Assembly: GCF_036321535.1 (NCBI RefSeq)
Contig: NC_087447.1
Location: 51,896,001-51,960,000 of the forward strand
Direction: 5' to 3'
Source: Camelus dromedarius
Lineage: Eukaryota
DNA length: 64,000 nt
Part shown: positions 25,093 to 36,829 of the stretch, in pieces
Layout: the number at the start of each line of letters is the position of its first letter
Position numbering within the stretch: position 1 is the first letter of the stretch
The notes under the pieces: generated by a model
Seen by the model: the letters and a program-made list of their open reading frames with translations, nothing else
What the model was told of the DNA's origin: nothing
Database searches by the model: none
Program-made: the position numbers and the translations under genes

Positions 25093-25749
25093 TGACAAAG
25101 ATTGTCTCACTGTATTAACCATAATAAACATGAATTAACTAAACTCCTCACTTAAAACACAAAGACTGTCAGACTAAACAAAAGCACATACTATTCTTAA
25201 AAGATACACCTAAAATGTAAGAGCACAGGTAGGTTGAAAGTCAAAGGATGGAAAAAATTACATGAGGCTACTCAGAAGAATGCTGCTGTAACTGTATGAC
25301 TAGTATGTAAAGAAACACTAAGGCAAAAGGATCACTGTACAAAGACAGGAGGTTCAAAGGTCCAAGAAGACAAACAAGTCTAAAATATGGCCTCAAAATA
25401 CATAAAGCAAGAATTGCTATCACTGCAAGCAGAAACTGACAAGTCCATTATCAGAACAGGAGATTTTAAATAATCTCTCAGTAATAGATATAAAAAGGGA
25501 AAGTCTCCTTCTGCGCCCTCAAATTAACCTGCTTTGGAACTGCCAGATCACCATATCAGAAACAAGGTTTCTCGCTTATTCCTGAGAATATCAATCAGGA
25601 TGGAGAGACATGCTTCCTGTCTCGTTTTAGTGACCAATATTCAAACACAGAAACGGGAAGTAACACATTATCTGCACAGCAACCATATAGTTAGACACTA
25701 ACACGAATGGCTTTGTCAGCAACTCTTACGTGCTTATGCTTCACTTTCT

Positions 25750-25865
25750 TAATCTCTAAGCTCCTCAAGGGAAAATACTGCTCTCTTATACATATTTGTA
25801 TCTATCCTAGCACCTACCACAAGCCTGGAATATAGTAAGTGCTCAATAAGTGTTTCCTGAATCAT
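25750..25865 (+). mobile_element. L2 3' end
   Basis: 'taagctcctcaaggg...tcctagcacctaccacaagcctgg...tagtaagtgctcaataa'. Confidence 0.7.
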
Positions 25866-25869
25866 CTAT

Positions 25870-26430
25870 TACACATTCCTTTAATAAATACTTATTTCAA
25901 CTTTCATGAAGCACCCATTATGTACCAGGCACTTTGTTAAGTACTGGGAACACAGATGAATAAAATAATGTCTGTTCTCCAGTAGAAGAGAAATAAAAAT
26001 ATATTTTTATAAAAGCTATGAACGGGGGGAGTGCGCCATGCTAGAGTTTGTGCCTAGAATGCACAAGGTCCTGGTTCAATCCCTAGTATCATTATTTTCA
26101 AAGTAAATAAATAAATAAACCTAATTACCTCTGCCCACCACAAAAAAAAAAAAAAAGCTATAAACATAAGTTTTGAGTGGAGAGGTAGGTATAAATGCCC
26201 AGAGACAGTGCCTGGAGATCGGAAGGAAAGTTCTCAACCATTCAATATGTATTTATAAGCACCCACTGTACTCCAGAATCCGGGAGGTGCTGGAGAAGGA
26301 GTATCTGAGTCACGTCTTACCAAGCAGATGGGGGGGTGAAGTCAGGCAGAGGACATTCAAGGCAATGGGAAAGCAGCAGCATATGAAGTTCACAGGGGAA
26401 CGTGATTCGCTCAGACAGCTTGGATTAAGA
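25870..26430 (-). mobile_element. L2 fragment, host of the vic-1 SINE
   Basis: 'gcacccattatgtaccaggcactttgttaagtactgggaacacagatgaataaa'; resumes after 26165. Confidence 0.6.
26024..26152 (+). mobile_element. Camelid vic-1-type tRNA-derived SINE
   Basis: tRNA-like head with B-box 'ggtcctggttcaatccc', tail 'aaataaataaataaacctaattacctc', poly(A); 13-bp TSD aaaagctatgaac (26011-26023) / aaaagctataaac (26153-26165). Confidence 0.8.
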
Positions 26431-28728
26431 CTAGAATCTACATTCTTGCTGTCTTTTCCATAGTGCTTCTTTAACGCTCTTTCCCCCTAGGACTCTGTTT
26501 AACTCTAATACAGATCCCTGTCTAGATCTATGGCTTTTGACCAAAATACAACAAGAAATTATTTTAAAATTGCAGCAAAGTATCCATAAACTTAACTTAA
26601 AATTTTCACAAGATACCTGCACCGGATACAATGCATGCTACTCTCTATTTTATAGTGCTGCACGTAACTCACTACCGTTGACTTCATCACGCACTCCCAG
26701 CTCTCAACCCCATTTTGTAAAACGCTTATTGCTTGTGATGGTTTATAACGTGCTTCCCTGAGTTGCTTCTCCAACTGGAATCTTGCTTCAAGCTCCTCAC
26801 TTGACACCCCAGGAAGAAATCCCTCCAGACATAGTACTGAGCCACTGCTGTGTGCAGAGCAAACACTGTGCTAGGCCTGGAGCTTGCTGTGCGTGGATAA
26901 GTTCTCTGATAAGCGTCAACCAAGGATATTTTCAAATTTTCCTGGGAAACGCTCCCAAACTATACATATCCACTCCATATCTACTGAGATAGATGCAGAG
27001 TGAGACTTGGATATGTGAATGTTGGGAAAAGCTTCCCAGGTGATAGTGACTTAATAATCTTACAAAATAGAGATTTGTCTCAGAAAGGGAGCTTAGCAAA
27101 GCAGCAGAAGAGAAAAATAAAACCACAGATAAGTAGAGAGACTTGCCAGTGGCCAAAACGCCACTAGCAGGGATAGAAGTAGAATCCAGCTTACTGGATC
27201 TCCAATTTCAGAAAGTTCTCACTAGGGAAAGTCTCTCTCTCAGTGTTCCTTCTTCTTTAGCATTGACCTTTTCTTTATCAGAAATTCCCCGAGGGGCCCT
27301 GGCTTACTAAGTGCTAATTAGATTTCCTCCACCTGCTCCGGGATTTAGAGGGCAGTGCTAATGCAGTGCCCTCCTCAGCTAACAAAGCCACTGGCATTCC
27401 CGGTATGCAGGGGCTGGCCTCCAGTCCTTTAGTCAACAGCAATTAAAGGGCTCCTATCCAAAGCCCTAAGGAGGAAGACAGAGAAGGGAGGGGTATTCCT
27501 TAGTCCAAAGAGTCAAGTCCAGCCAAAGACTGGGGCTGATTGTTACTGAAGAGCTGGGTGGAAACAGGGAAAATTCTGGGAGGTAGGAATGGAATCTGGG
27601 TGAGGCAAGCAAACTAATGGCTGCTCATCACCCTTCTCACTCCCCTAAGGAATGCTATTGTCGTCCAGATTGAGGGGATAAAGATTCGGAGGGACATGAA
27701 CCCTCATCTAAAAATAAGTTATCAAGAAACATTTTCCTTTCTCTTCTTGTTTCAAGACACAGGTCCAAATTGCTCAGCCAAGAATGACAAGTCCCCCACA
27801 ATTCTATTTCTCTCTATCTAGGCATCATTTAGTGAATGTTCAGCCACTAACTAGCAAACAGTCATTAACTGCCGTGTGACTCTACACCAGTCATAGTTTC
27901 TCTGGGTTTGATTTTTATCAACTCTCAGAGTTGATTTCAAGATCAAATGAGGCAAGGAATATAAAAATGTTTTCTAAACTATCAAGTGGTATAAAAGCTT
28001 TAATACAAATGATAATACAAATTCAAATTCAAACATTTACTGAGTTCCTAGAACAGTGCTCATATAGATTTGGTGCACAGATATTGTAACACAGATATTA
28101 GCTGTTAGAGACACAAAAACAAATCAAACAGAATTCTTACCTTTGTGGAAATCACAGATAAGGTCTCCAAAAGAATATGGAAAGAATATGGAAAGTACTA
28201 AGAAAAAGTAGCACAAAGTGAGGCATAGGGAGTAATTTATCTTGCTACTAAAGAATAGGGTTGCTGATTATCAAAAACCTTCTATGGTCATCGATGGTAA
28301 ACAGAATAGTAAAACTGAGGGTGAGGGTATGGAGAAAATACAGTTGTAGAAGAAACTCATATGGGACCTTCTCATAATCCCCCACCATATCATATTCATT
28401 AACATCTCCCTGCCTTTCTTCACAAAGTTTTTTTTATGAGAAATTTTAAAATTCTGTCGATCATCCAAGAAATATTTAAGCATCTATTGTGTGCAAGATA
28501 TTATTAAAGATACAAAACATTGCAAGGCATGTCTCTGATACCAATGAGTTTACCATCCAATAAGGGAGACAAGTCAAAAATAAAAATTACAATGCTAAGC
28601 CATATGCCATGCCTCAAGGGTCAAGGGGAATGTTACCCTATTTCTGGAAGAGTTCCAATTTGTACAAAATAAGTAAGAGAAGCAACAATGGACTCTAATA
28701 GAAGCTGGTATTTCAATAAATATGACTA

Positions 28729-29292
28729 CAGTAGTCCACCCCTCACCCCTTTACCTCTGGTTTCACTTTCCACAGTTTCAGTTATCTGCAGTCAACTGTG
28801 GTCCAGAAATACTAAATGGAAAATCCCAGAAATAAACAACTTATAAGTTTTAAATTGTGCACCATTCTGAGGAGCGTGATGAAATCTCACACCATCATGC
28901 TCCGTCCTGCCTGGGATCTGCAACCATCAACATCGTCTGCTCCTGACATCCAAACATTGACATCATCATGGCTTGATGATTCAGGACCCCCCGAAGCAAA
29001 TGATTCTCCTGACGTATCGTCATAAGGTCAATAGGAGCCTAATGCTATGTCAGAATGCCTGTGTCACTCACCTCACTTGATCTCATCGTGCAGGCATTCT
29101 ATCATCTCACATCAGACATAAGAACAAGGGTGAGTACAGTACAAGAAGATATTTTGAAAGACCACAGTCACATAAATTATAGTATATTATTATAATTGTT
29201 CTATCTTATTATTAGTTATTTTGTTAATCTCTTACTGTGCCAAATTTATAAATTAACCTTTATTACAGTTATGTATGTATAGGAAAAAACGA
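28729..29292 (+). mobile_element. MER44 (Tigger7-derived) TcMar-Tigger element, right end missing
   Basis: TA then CAGTAGTC start; 'ggtgagtacagtacaagaagatattttg', 'gttaatctcttactgtgcc...tatgtatgtataggaaaaaac'. Confidence 0.8.
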
Positions 29293-29639
29293 AGTGTGTG
29301 TGTACATATATATGTATATATTTTTGCTTCATTGAATTTTTCAGCATTTTTAAATTTAACACGCACCGTTTAAACAAAAGTGATAACCATTCCTTCAAAA
29401 AATAAAACAAATGCAATTGATCGGTGTATGTTGATATGGAAATATCTCCATGGTTTATTTTATCTCATAGGGTCGTGGTGCATATTAATCATAAGAACTT
29501 ACAACAGTGTCTGGCACATAAGCACTCAAATATTACATATTATCTTACTGTTAAGTGAAATGTAACAAGGAGCAAGACAGGGTAAACTGGGCAAAGGTTA
29601 GTAGTGAGAAAGATATGTATTTTTCACCGAATACTACCC

Positions 29640-30250
29640 TGTCCAGGTTCCTCAGAAAATAGAACCTGGGGCTTATCAGGTGTTGAAATCTCAGAGCAGA
29701 GGGAGGGGAAAAAGATTAGTGAGGCAGGGTAGGAAGGAAAGCAAACACAAGGCTGTGCATTAACAAACTGGCTACAGTTTAACATGAAAACACAGCCAAT
29801 TGCATGATCATTCAGAATGTTTCAGGACGGAAGATACAGAACTACTGTATCTAAGAAGAGTGTATGTGAGTGGGGGTAGGGGGAATGGGAGGAGAAAGGC
29901 AGACAGCAAGCAGTTTATCTGCTGGTTCCTTTCCTTCCCCAGCAGAGGTGTTAACTGCCCCCCCAACCCCCCACATCCAGGCTGTGCTACCCAGCTCCTC
30001 TGGACAGTCTCTGGGGAAGAACACACCCTACATCTGAATCTGGAAGAGATCAGAGGAGCCAGAGCCTTCCTGGGTCTGGTCAGATGGAGTTTAAGGCCTC
30101 TGAGTGGCTGTGGCTCTCTCCACAGTGGGCACAACAGAGACCTACCAGAGCCCAACCCTCATCCAGGGAGGCTGAGACGTCCAGCAGTGCTAGGAAATGA
30201 GGAGATGAGGCAAAAGCAGCGGCAGCTGAGACTTGTGCAAGTCTACTAGG
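29640..30250 (-). mobile_element. LTR33-like ERVL LTR (tentative)
   Basis: 'ggttcctcagaaaatagaacctg', 'gtgaggcagggtaggaaggaaagcaaacacaagg', 'ggtgttaactgccc'. Confidence 0.45.
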
Positions 30251-30929
30251 GAGGCAGGTAGAACCAAGGGAATCTGCGCAGGTACATAAATGGAATCCCG
30301 TACAACTCATACACTTGGGTACAGAATGGACTTGCCCCACTTACACTTGCATTATAGACATATATTTTTAAACATCAGAAGAAACTGTACTTAGTCTATA
30401 CTCAGTGGCCTAATGGAAAGAGCAAGGACTTGGAGACAGACAATCCTATCCACCTAGTACTTGCTGGGAAACTTTGGGTGGGTTGCTCATCCGTATGATC
30501 AGGATATTACATGGTTATTGTGAAGATTAAATGGGCTCAGGTGGCTAAAGCAGATGTTCGGCTCTGACGGACATGGCTCTGCCTCTTACGTAAGAGAGGC
30601 TGATTCTTTTCCTTGCCTCATTGGATCCCTTCTCCAGGAGACCTCAGATCACACTACTAACATCATTCTGCTTAGTGTTATTTATACTTATGATCACTCC
30701 TTAGGGAGGAAGTTACTATTTGATTCTCTGGCGTCCCCTTTTGGGGCCTAGCACAGCTATCTATGCTCACATTTGGGGCTGAGCACATGGTTGCTGAATG
30801 AGCCAGAACTCCACACACCAATTCTTAAGGGAGATACATTTTCATATATCTATTAGTAAAGTCACTTGAAGGACCCATGAGACTTCTTAAACATAGTCTG
30901 ACATCTGTTCTGGCTAGAAAGGTAGAAAA

Positions 30930-31125
30930 AAAAATCAAAGGCTTTGAAGTTAGGCAAATTTGCATGCAAATCCCAGCTGGCATTCCCACAAGGGTGACAT
31001 CTGGGTAAGTGACACACAGTCTCTGACACTTCAGTTCCCTTAAACATAAAATTAGGATCCTACTGTATTTAATAAGGTTATTGTAAGGATTGAAATTGCA
31101 TAATACAAACTCTGCCTGGCATGGT
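30930..31125 (+). mobile_element. MIR SINE
   Basis: 'ggctttgaagttaggca...tgacatctgggtaag...cttcagttcc...ggttattgtaaggattgaaa...tgcctggcat'. Confidence 0.65.
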
Positions 31126-31659
31126 GTCAATCTATGCCTTAGGGCACTCTCAGCCTCCTGCCTACACTCTTGCCCTGACCAAGGCTGCTTAGTTCCACAG
31201 CTCCTAAAAGGTCTCATCCTTTTCTGAATCTCTGAAGTACTTTTCTGCAGGAGAGACACCCTGTGAGCCCAGGTGAGGGAGTGGTGTATGCAGCTGTATT
31301 GGTGACAGTTTCTTTCCACTAGCCTAGAAGGTTCTCTCACTCATTTGACAGATACACATCCCACAGAGGCTCCAAGGGGAGGACACTTGAGCAATACGAA
31401 CAGCATCCTTCTAGGTTCTTTCTTTTCTGATAACCTGCAGTCAGAGAGAATAAATGGCCTATTTTCCTTTCTAGGAAAAAGAAACTACTTTGAAACACTA
31501 CTGGGATCTTCCAGAATATTGATTACCTTCATTGCTAGTGTTATCACTGAAGATTATACAGAGAGCAGCAAAAGGGCAGAGTCAGCAGGAGTTCACTCCG
31601 TGTGTTGGACCTTTTGGTACAAGCTGACTTTTGGAGCACCACCGTGACGTCTCCATTTC

Positions 31660-31885
31660 AGGTAGCAGCAGAAAGAGAAGAGCTTTCCCAGCTGTTTAGG
31701 GATGAAAGTCACCGGCAGCAGAGACAGAAGGAGCCTAGGTCCCTGAAGACTCCACGGGTCCATTTTGCCAGCCCTGGATTCTAATCTCTGAATTTCCCTT
31801 ACCTGAAAGGATAACCCTTGTATGGTTAGGCTGCTAGAGCCAGGGTTCTCTTACTAGCAACCAAACAGTTCTAACTTACTGAATG
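31660..31885 (+). mobile_element. MLT1 (MaLR) LTR 3' fragment
   Basis: 'agcagagacagaaggagcctaggtccctga...ccagccctgga...ttctcttactagcaaccaaac'. Confidence 0.6.
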
Positions 31886-33234
31886 CTGGTCCACAGCGTG
31901 GGCAACATACACAGGAAAATCACCAGTTACGGGTATCTGAGCAACTCTTTAGCAAATGTTCCAAGTTGCAACAAAATGGTGTTTTTTGTTGGTTGGTCGG
32001 TGGAGTAGCAAAGAAGAGGTTTCTACCTCCTCTTCTCACTCAACACACTCACGCTACATGTCAGCTCTGGGTCAGGCTTTGCACAAAATGCCATCTTCTG
32101 TAGACAAAGTGCTTCCACACTAGCCCCTCTCTTTCAGCTCTCAGCCTCCCGCCTTTTCTTTAGACCTGCCAGGGACACCTATGGAGGTGCTGAGAGAGCA
32201 AGCACTTCCGGGACTGCTGGGACAGATGCGGGTTGCGGCTGCAACCACAAAGGCCATTGGTAAGAAAGACATCCAAGTATTAGTTGACAATATGGTAAAA
32301 ACAACAACAACAAACAAACGAACAAAAACACTATTTCAAATAAATTTGACCGGCCCCTTAAGGTTCAACAGTGGGTACTTAAATTGTGTTATTCCCTAGG
32401 CCAACTCTACCTCCTAAATAAAAAACTCTTAAAAAAGAATGTAAGAATTCCTCATTTTTCAGCTCCCTGCTCAAAGAAACTCTTAAGCAAAGAAAGGGAC
32501 AAAATGCCAGCTAAAATGGAGAGACATGGTATGTGTAACTCGAATACACCCAATATAAGTGCCTTAGTCCTGGGCAGAATGGCATTTAAAGACATTCTAG
32601 CAATCAAAGGTTAAAGAAAAAAAGACTTCCAGTCTTTACTTGCATTTCTCAATGGGTATTAAAAGCAGTCAAAGTCATAACCCACACTTTTTATCTTCAC
32701 TGCATCAGTTACTACAATTTTTCAGGGTCTCACACTCACCAACCTTCTAAACCCGGTTTTGAGTTCACACTTTCATCTTTCATTTCTTTTTAATGGAGAT
32801 TCAGTGTCTTCCTGATTTTTACATTTTCACTCCATTCAGCTTATTAGAACAAAGTGGAGTCCTGGGAGAAGACCCAGAAAGCAAGAATCTGTCCACCTGA
32901 GAAGCCAGGGAGAAAGTTGGGGGTCGGCGGTAACAGTCGATACCGATGTGAAAAACTTTTTTCTGTTATACACACTATACACAGAGCCAGATCTAAAGCT
33001 GCCAGGTGGTTGACTCGCTCTAATCAAAATAGGGGGCCTAAGTCATGAAACAAAAAAAGGTCAAAGGTTCTCTGTGATCTCATGACCTCGTCATCCACTC
33101 TCAAAGAAAAGCAAAATTTTAAAGACCAGGGTCTACCACACCATCTTGTCTATATCAGAGGTTTGTCTTTTGTTGTGCCATTTCTGAACTCATTATAAAA
33201 TTATGTCTGTGTAGGACCTTACCGTCCATGTTGA

Positions 33235-33380
33235 CAAGCACATAGTACAATGGAAAGACTTGGCGGTGGGGGAGACCTGAAGTCCTAGGTTCTAGACCCA
33301 GGTCTGCCACTGAATAGATACGCAGTCAAGTTATTATACCTCACGAATCATCCATTTCTTAATGTATAAAATGATGATTC
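33235..33380 (+). mobile_element. MIR SINE fragment
   Basis: 'cctaggttctagacccaggtctgccact...tttcttaatgtataaaatg'. Confidence 0.6.
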
Positions 33381-33389
33381 TTTCAAATT

Positions 33390-33600
33390 TTACTGTACGC
33401 CCATTATCTGCTAGGCATTATGCTGAACGCTAAAAATACAAAGATGGATAAGAATATCCCTATCTTCCAGGTTTTGATATTCTCTTGGAGTTGGAGACAG
33501 ATCGTACGTAGTAATAATACAGTATGGTAAGTACCATAATGCGAGGATACACACAGTTCTACAGAAGTATGACAGTGAGACCCATTACTCCAAGTGGGTG
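33390..33600 (-). mobile_element. L2 fragment
   Basis: 'tgctaggcattatgctgaacgctaaaaatacaaagatggataaga'. Confidence 0.6.
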
Positions 33601-34869
33601 GGCAGACATATCAGGGACCAAGGAACTGAGAAAGAACGTGCTGGGGATTTATTAATTCCATGCATACAACAGGCAGAGGAGTGGGGAGGGGAACACATGC
33701 CAGAATGCAGTTGCTAAGCTGGATCTCAAACCAAGAATGGATCAAGTCTATTCAGACATTGTGTTAGTTGCAACATGTGATGAAAATTCTACTTCACACA
33801 CAGGGACATGCGTAACAAAGGGAAGACCATAAACCACACACTTTCCAATATTAAGGTATTTGAATTAAACAACTATTACAAACTATTCTCATCCGTCATA
33901 TTAACCTTTTGAAATTAAAGGCTGCTGGTATTCATTTTGGCTTTGAAGTAGTCTGACTTTTGTCTTTTGATCCAGATACAGTTTGAAAAATTCAAGGTTT
34001 GCTTCTGAAAATATCTTTTCAGCCTCACAGACATGGGGATTGTTTTTGTTGTAAAACGCTTAATATGGAAAAAGCACTTACTGTAAAGCAAATATATGGT
34101 AAAATTACAAGGACAGATGCATAAGCAGACCATCAATCACTAAATAGCTTAATAGCGTATGGAAGTATCATTCCAAACGTGGCCACTGATGCAGAGACAA
34201 AATCTTGAGATATGTCAATTACAAATGAGTTTCAGATCCAATCCTAGAATCAGGAACTAATCTGAGCTAGAGAGAGAGGCAGAGAAAGGGCCCTAGACCT
34301 GGGTCACCCCCAAACCTGTGAAGCTTCTACAGCCAGTAAGAGCACTGTGTCCTTCCATATCCCTCTGTGACTCAGTGACTGATGCAGCACACACAGTGCT
34401 CTTCACAGTATCTCTGGGGGCTTTGCAACTCTGAAACCCTGCCAGGCTGTCCTAGCTCTTCACTGAGGAAAATGTATTTCATTCTGAAGCCACATACACA
34501 GACTCTCCTACCACATATGTTCAGACTCCTTACGTCACCCTTCTGTGCAATCACCTTCGCTACCTTGGAGGAAGTAACTTTTGTGCACTCCAGACTCACA
34601 GTCACCCCCAGTCTGACAGATCTGACAACGGGAAGCTTATTCAAACTCATGTGTTTAAAAGATCAGTGTGTAGGTATTGTAAGGGAACACATGGGGGAAA
34701 TGTTAATAGTAGGTGTGTGAACAGGACCAGACAGGCAGGGAGACTGTTTCCCCCTTAGAACTGTGCCCCCTGGATCATAATTAGTGTATTTCTGCCTTAG
34801 ATTATCATACTAAAATGGGTTTGCTTCTTTTAAAGCTAAATGCATACATCCCAATATTGATTAACTATG

Positions 34870-35428
34870 GCCACTTGTTTTACTGTTCAGCACCATTTGG
34901 GGAAAATTGTTCTTCATGCAATGCAAACATGATTCTGGGTGGGGCTGCCACTCTTACCCCTCCCCACCTATCAGGGGAGTGTCAGATGGAGAACATGTGG
35001 CCCTGGTCTGACCTACCAAGTTCTCCAATCCCTGGACACAGCCCTTGGTCTAGAGGTGGAACTATGTAATCCAAGCTGTCAGGTTCCTTCCCCCAGGGTT
35101 TTTCAATTTGGAATAGGGACCATGACTTTTAGGTCACAGAGACGAGAGGACTGGAGGCTGTGGTGACCTTCTTTCCTATCACCTAGAGGAAATAAATTCA
35201 ACCATCAACAAGCAGTCTTAAGACACAAGGAGAGCCCTGGAGGCACTGAAATGATTCTGGTGTCCCAAGCCCCCAGAGCTGCCCAGGTATCTAGAACATT
35301 TCCTTCAATCTTCTGAGCTTCCTTAGAACATTTCCAGTACATTTCTTTTCTTTCCTTTTTTTTTTTTTTTGCTTAAGTTTGTCTGAGGTAGTTTTTATCA
35401 TGGATAATGCAAAAAAACCCTTAAAACA
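34870..35428 (+). mobile_element. MLT1K/L-like MaLR LTR
   Basis: 'gaacatgtggccctggtctgacc', 'ccctggacacag'; 3' end 'ttttttgcttaagtttgtctgaggtagttttt'. Confidence 0.55.
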
Positions 35429-35649
35429 TGAATTTATATTTTATGCCAAACTTTCTGCAAGGTGCTTTTCGAGCTCCCATTCCATCATCACAGCAGCTCC
35501 GACAGGAGGTCACTGGTTCTTTCTCCATCTTCACTCCAACTGCCTATCTTACAACAGTGTGAACCCCTTTATAAGCCTAGGGTCATAGTACGGGATTGGC
35601 AGTCACTTCCTGCCACCAAATCACACCCACACCCCACACCAACTACAGT

Positions 35650-35860
35650 TTACTCAGACTGCACCTCGTAGGTCACATGCTCGACCCAAAATAATCACAG
35701 TGGCCAGGGGCATGGAACTTGCTGACTGGCCAAAACTTAAGGGTGGATGGAGCCGGCAACCCCAGAACCACGCAGATGTCTTAACAGAAATTTAGGCACT
35801 GCTAGGATGGAGAAAGGGGGAAATGGACTCAGGGGAAGCAATCAGCAAGGGTTCACGACA
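35650..35860 (-). mobile_element. MLT1 LTR fragment, reverse orientation
   Basis: 'ggtcacatgctc...aatcacagtggccaggggcatgg...tgactggcc'. Confidence 0.55.
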
Positions 35861-36829
35861 TCCTCAAAAGGAAAACCAGAATAAACAAGTCCTTAAGATT
35901 ACTAAGATTTCTGAAGCATCTGATCAATAACTCCTTCTGCTCACATTACTTTCTATTGTGATCTCATACTTCTTCAGTCTAACTCAGGACTGTCTTCCTT
36001 CAGAGGCTTCAGCTATCCTCCCCAGGGAAGCTAGTTCATTTATCAGTGACTGTCTAGACTCTGTAAACACTCATGTGTACCAAATTGAAATGCTGATTTG
36101 GTAAGATTATTAAGAGATCTCAAGACACTTTCTAGAAGCTCTAACACTAAAGACCTGATTAAAAGCATGTCCCACTTGACTCAATGAAAATGTCGTTGGC
36201 TGTCTCCTTGTCTTGGCTTCCTCTTTAGCAAGCATAAACCTGAAATAATTGGAAAATAAGAAAGGTAAGGCTTTCCTTTAGGAAAGGGTTTTATTACCCA
36301 CTTGATCAACAAAACAGATTTCCCACTGGTTGGACTGAAAACAGTGAGCAAATGGATTTTTTAGAGAAGTTTCTGATAGAATTTAATGAGAAGATGATAT
36401 AGACTTCTAGCTCTTGACTGGGATTCAGGAGACGTGGCTTCTAGGTGCAGTACTCAAATGAACTCACTTTGAGATCTGGAGGAGACGGAACCTGGGTCTG
36501 AAAAGCTGAACAGAGGTCCACTGTTGACCTTCAAGGTGAGAGGTGTCCCACCTCACATCATGACTGCCATCTCTGAACAAGATCAGTCCTCCCCTGAAGC
36601 CTCATTTCCTAACTTACGAAACGAGGGTGCCGCAATCCACCTCATTAGTCTCAACAGGTGATTGAAGTTTAGCTGTGATTCACACGTATTACCTGAACTT
36701 GAGTATTTGAAAAGAATATGAATTCTGCAGTTGTGGAACACAGTGCCACTTGGGTGTTTCCAGTTTTTGGCAGTTATGAATAAAGCTGCTATAAACATTC
36801 TTACACAAGCCTTTTTTTATTTACATTGA

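Larger units (their letters stand above)
18290..25490 (+). mobile_element. Composite ancient L1 (5' region, ORF1 and ORF2-start remnants) hosting multiple nested insertions
   Basis: ORF1-like DNA 'gctgagaattttttcagaa...aacaccaaagac...gctggcttctcaatagcaacagtaaaatctaggagg'; ORF2 start-like 'atttccataatcacaataaatgtaaat' and 'aggttgaaagtcaaaggatggaaaaa'. Confidence 0.7.

Noticed and set aside
26024..26095. tRNA gene
   Set aside because: Degenerate cloverleaf followed by a SINE tail, poly(A) and TSD, so it is a SINE
26592..26860. Coiled-coil-looking minus ORF (EELEARFQLEKQLREARY)
   Set aside because: DNA resembles decayed L2 3' sequence, there is an upstream in-frame stop, and the splice sites are weak
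27348..27373. Iron-responsive element
   Set aside because: CAGTGC lies in the stem arms rather than an apical loop above a 5-bp stem and C bulge
28170..28195. 11-bp tandem duplication aaagaatatgg x2 (similar 18-bp duplication at ~51438-51473)
   Set aside because: Ordinary slippage duplications inside old repeats; not an array or CRISPR-like structure
29800..31340. Cluster of 100-171 aa ORFs
   Set aside because: They fall on LTR-like and MIR sequence; no protein-family signal
31341..31434. 94-nt minus-strand exon candidate
   Set aside because: Acceptor plausible but donor weak (TGA|GTGAGA); peptide unrecognised
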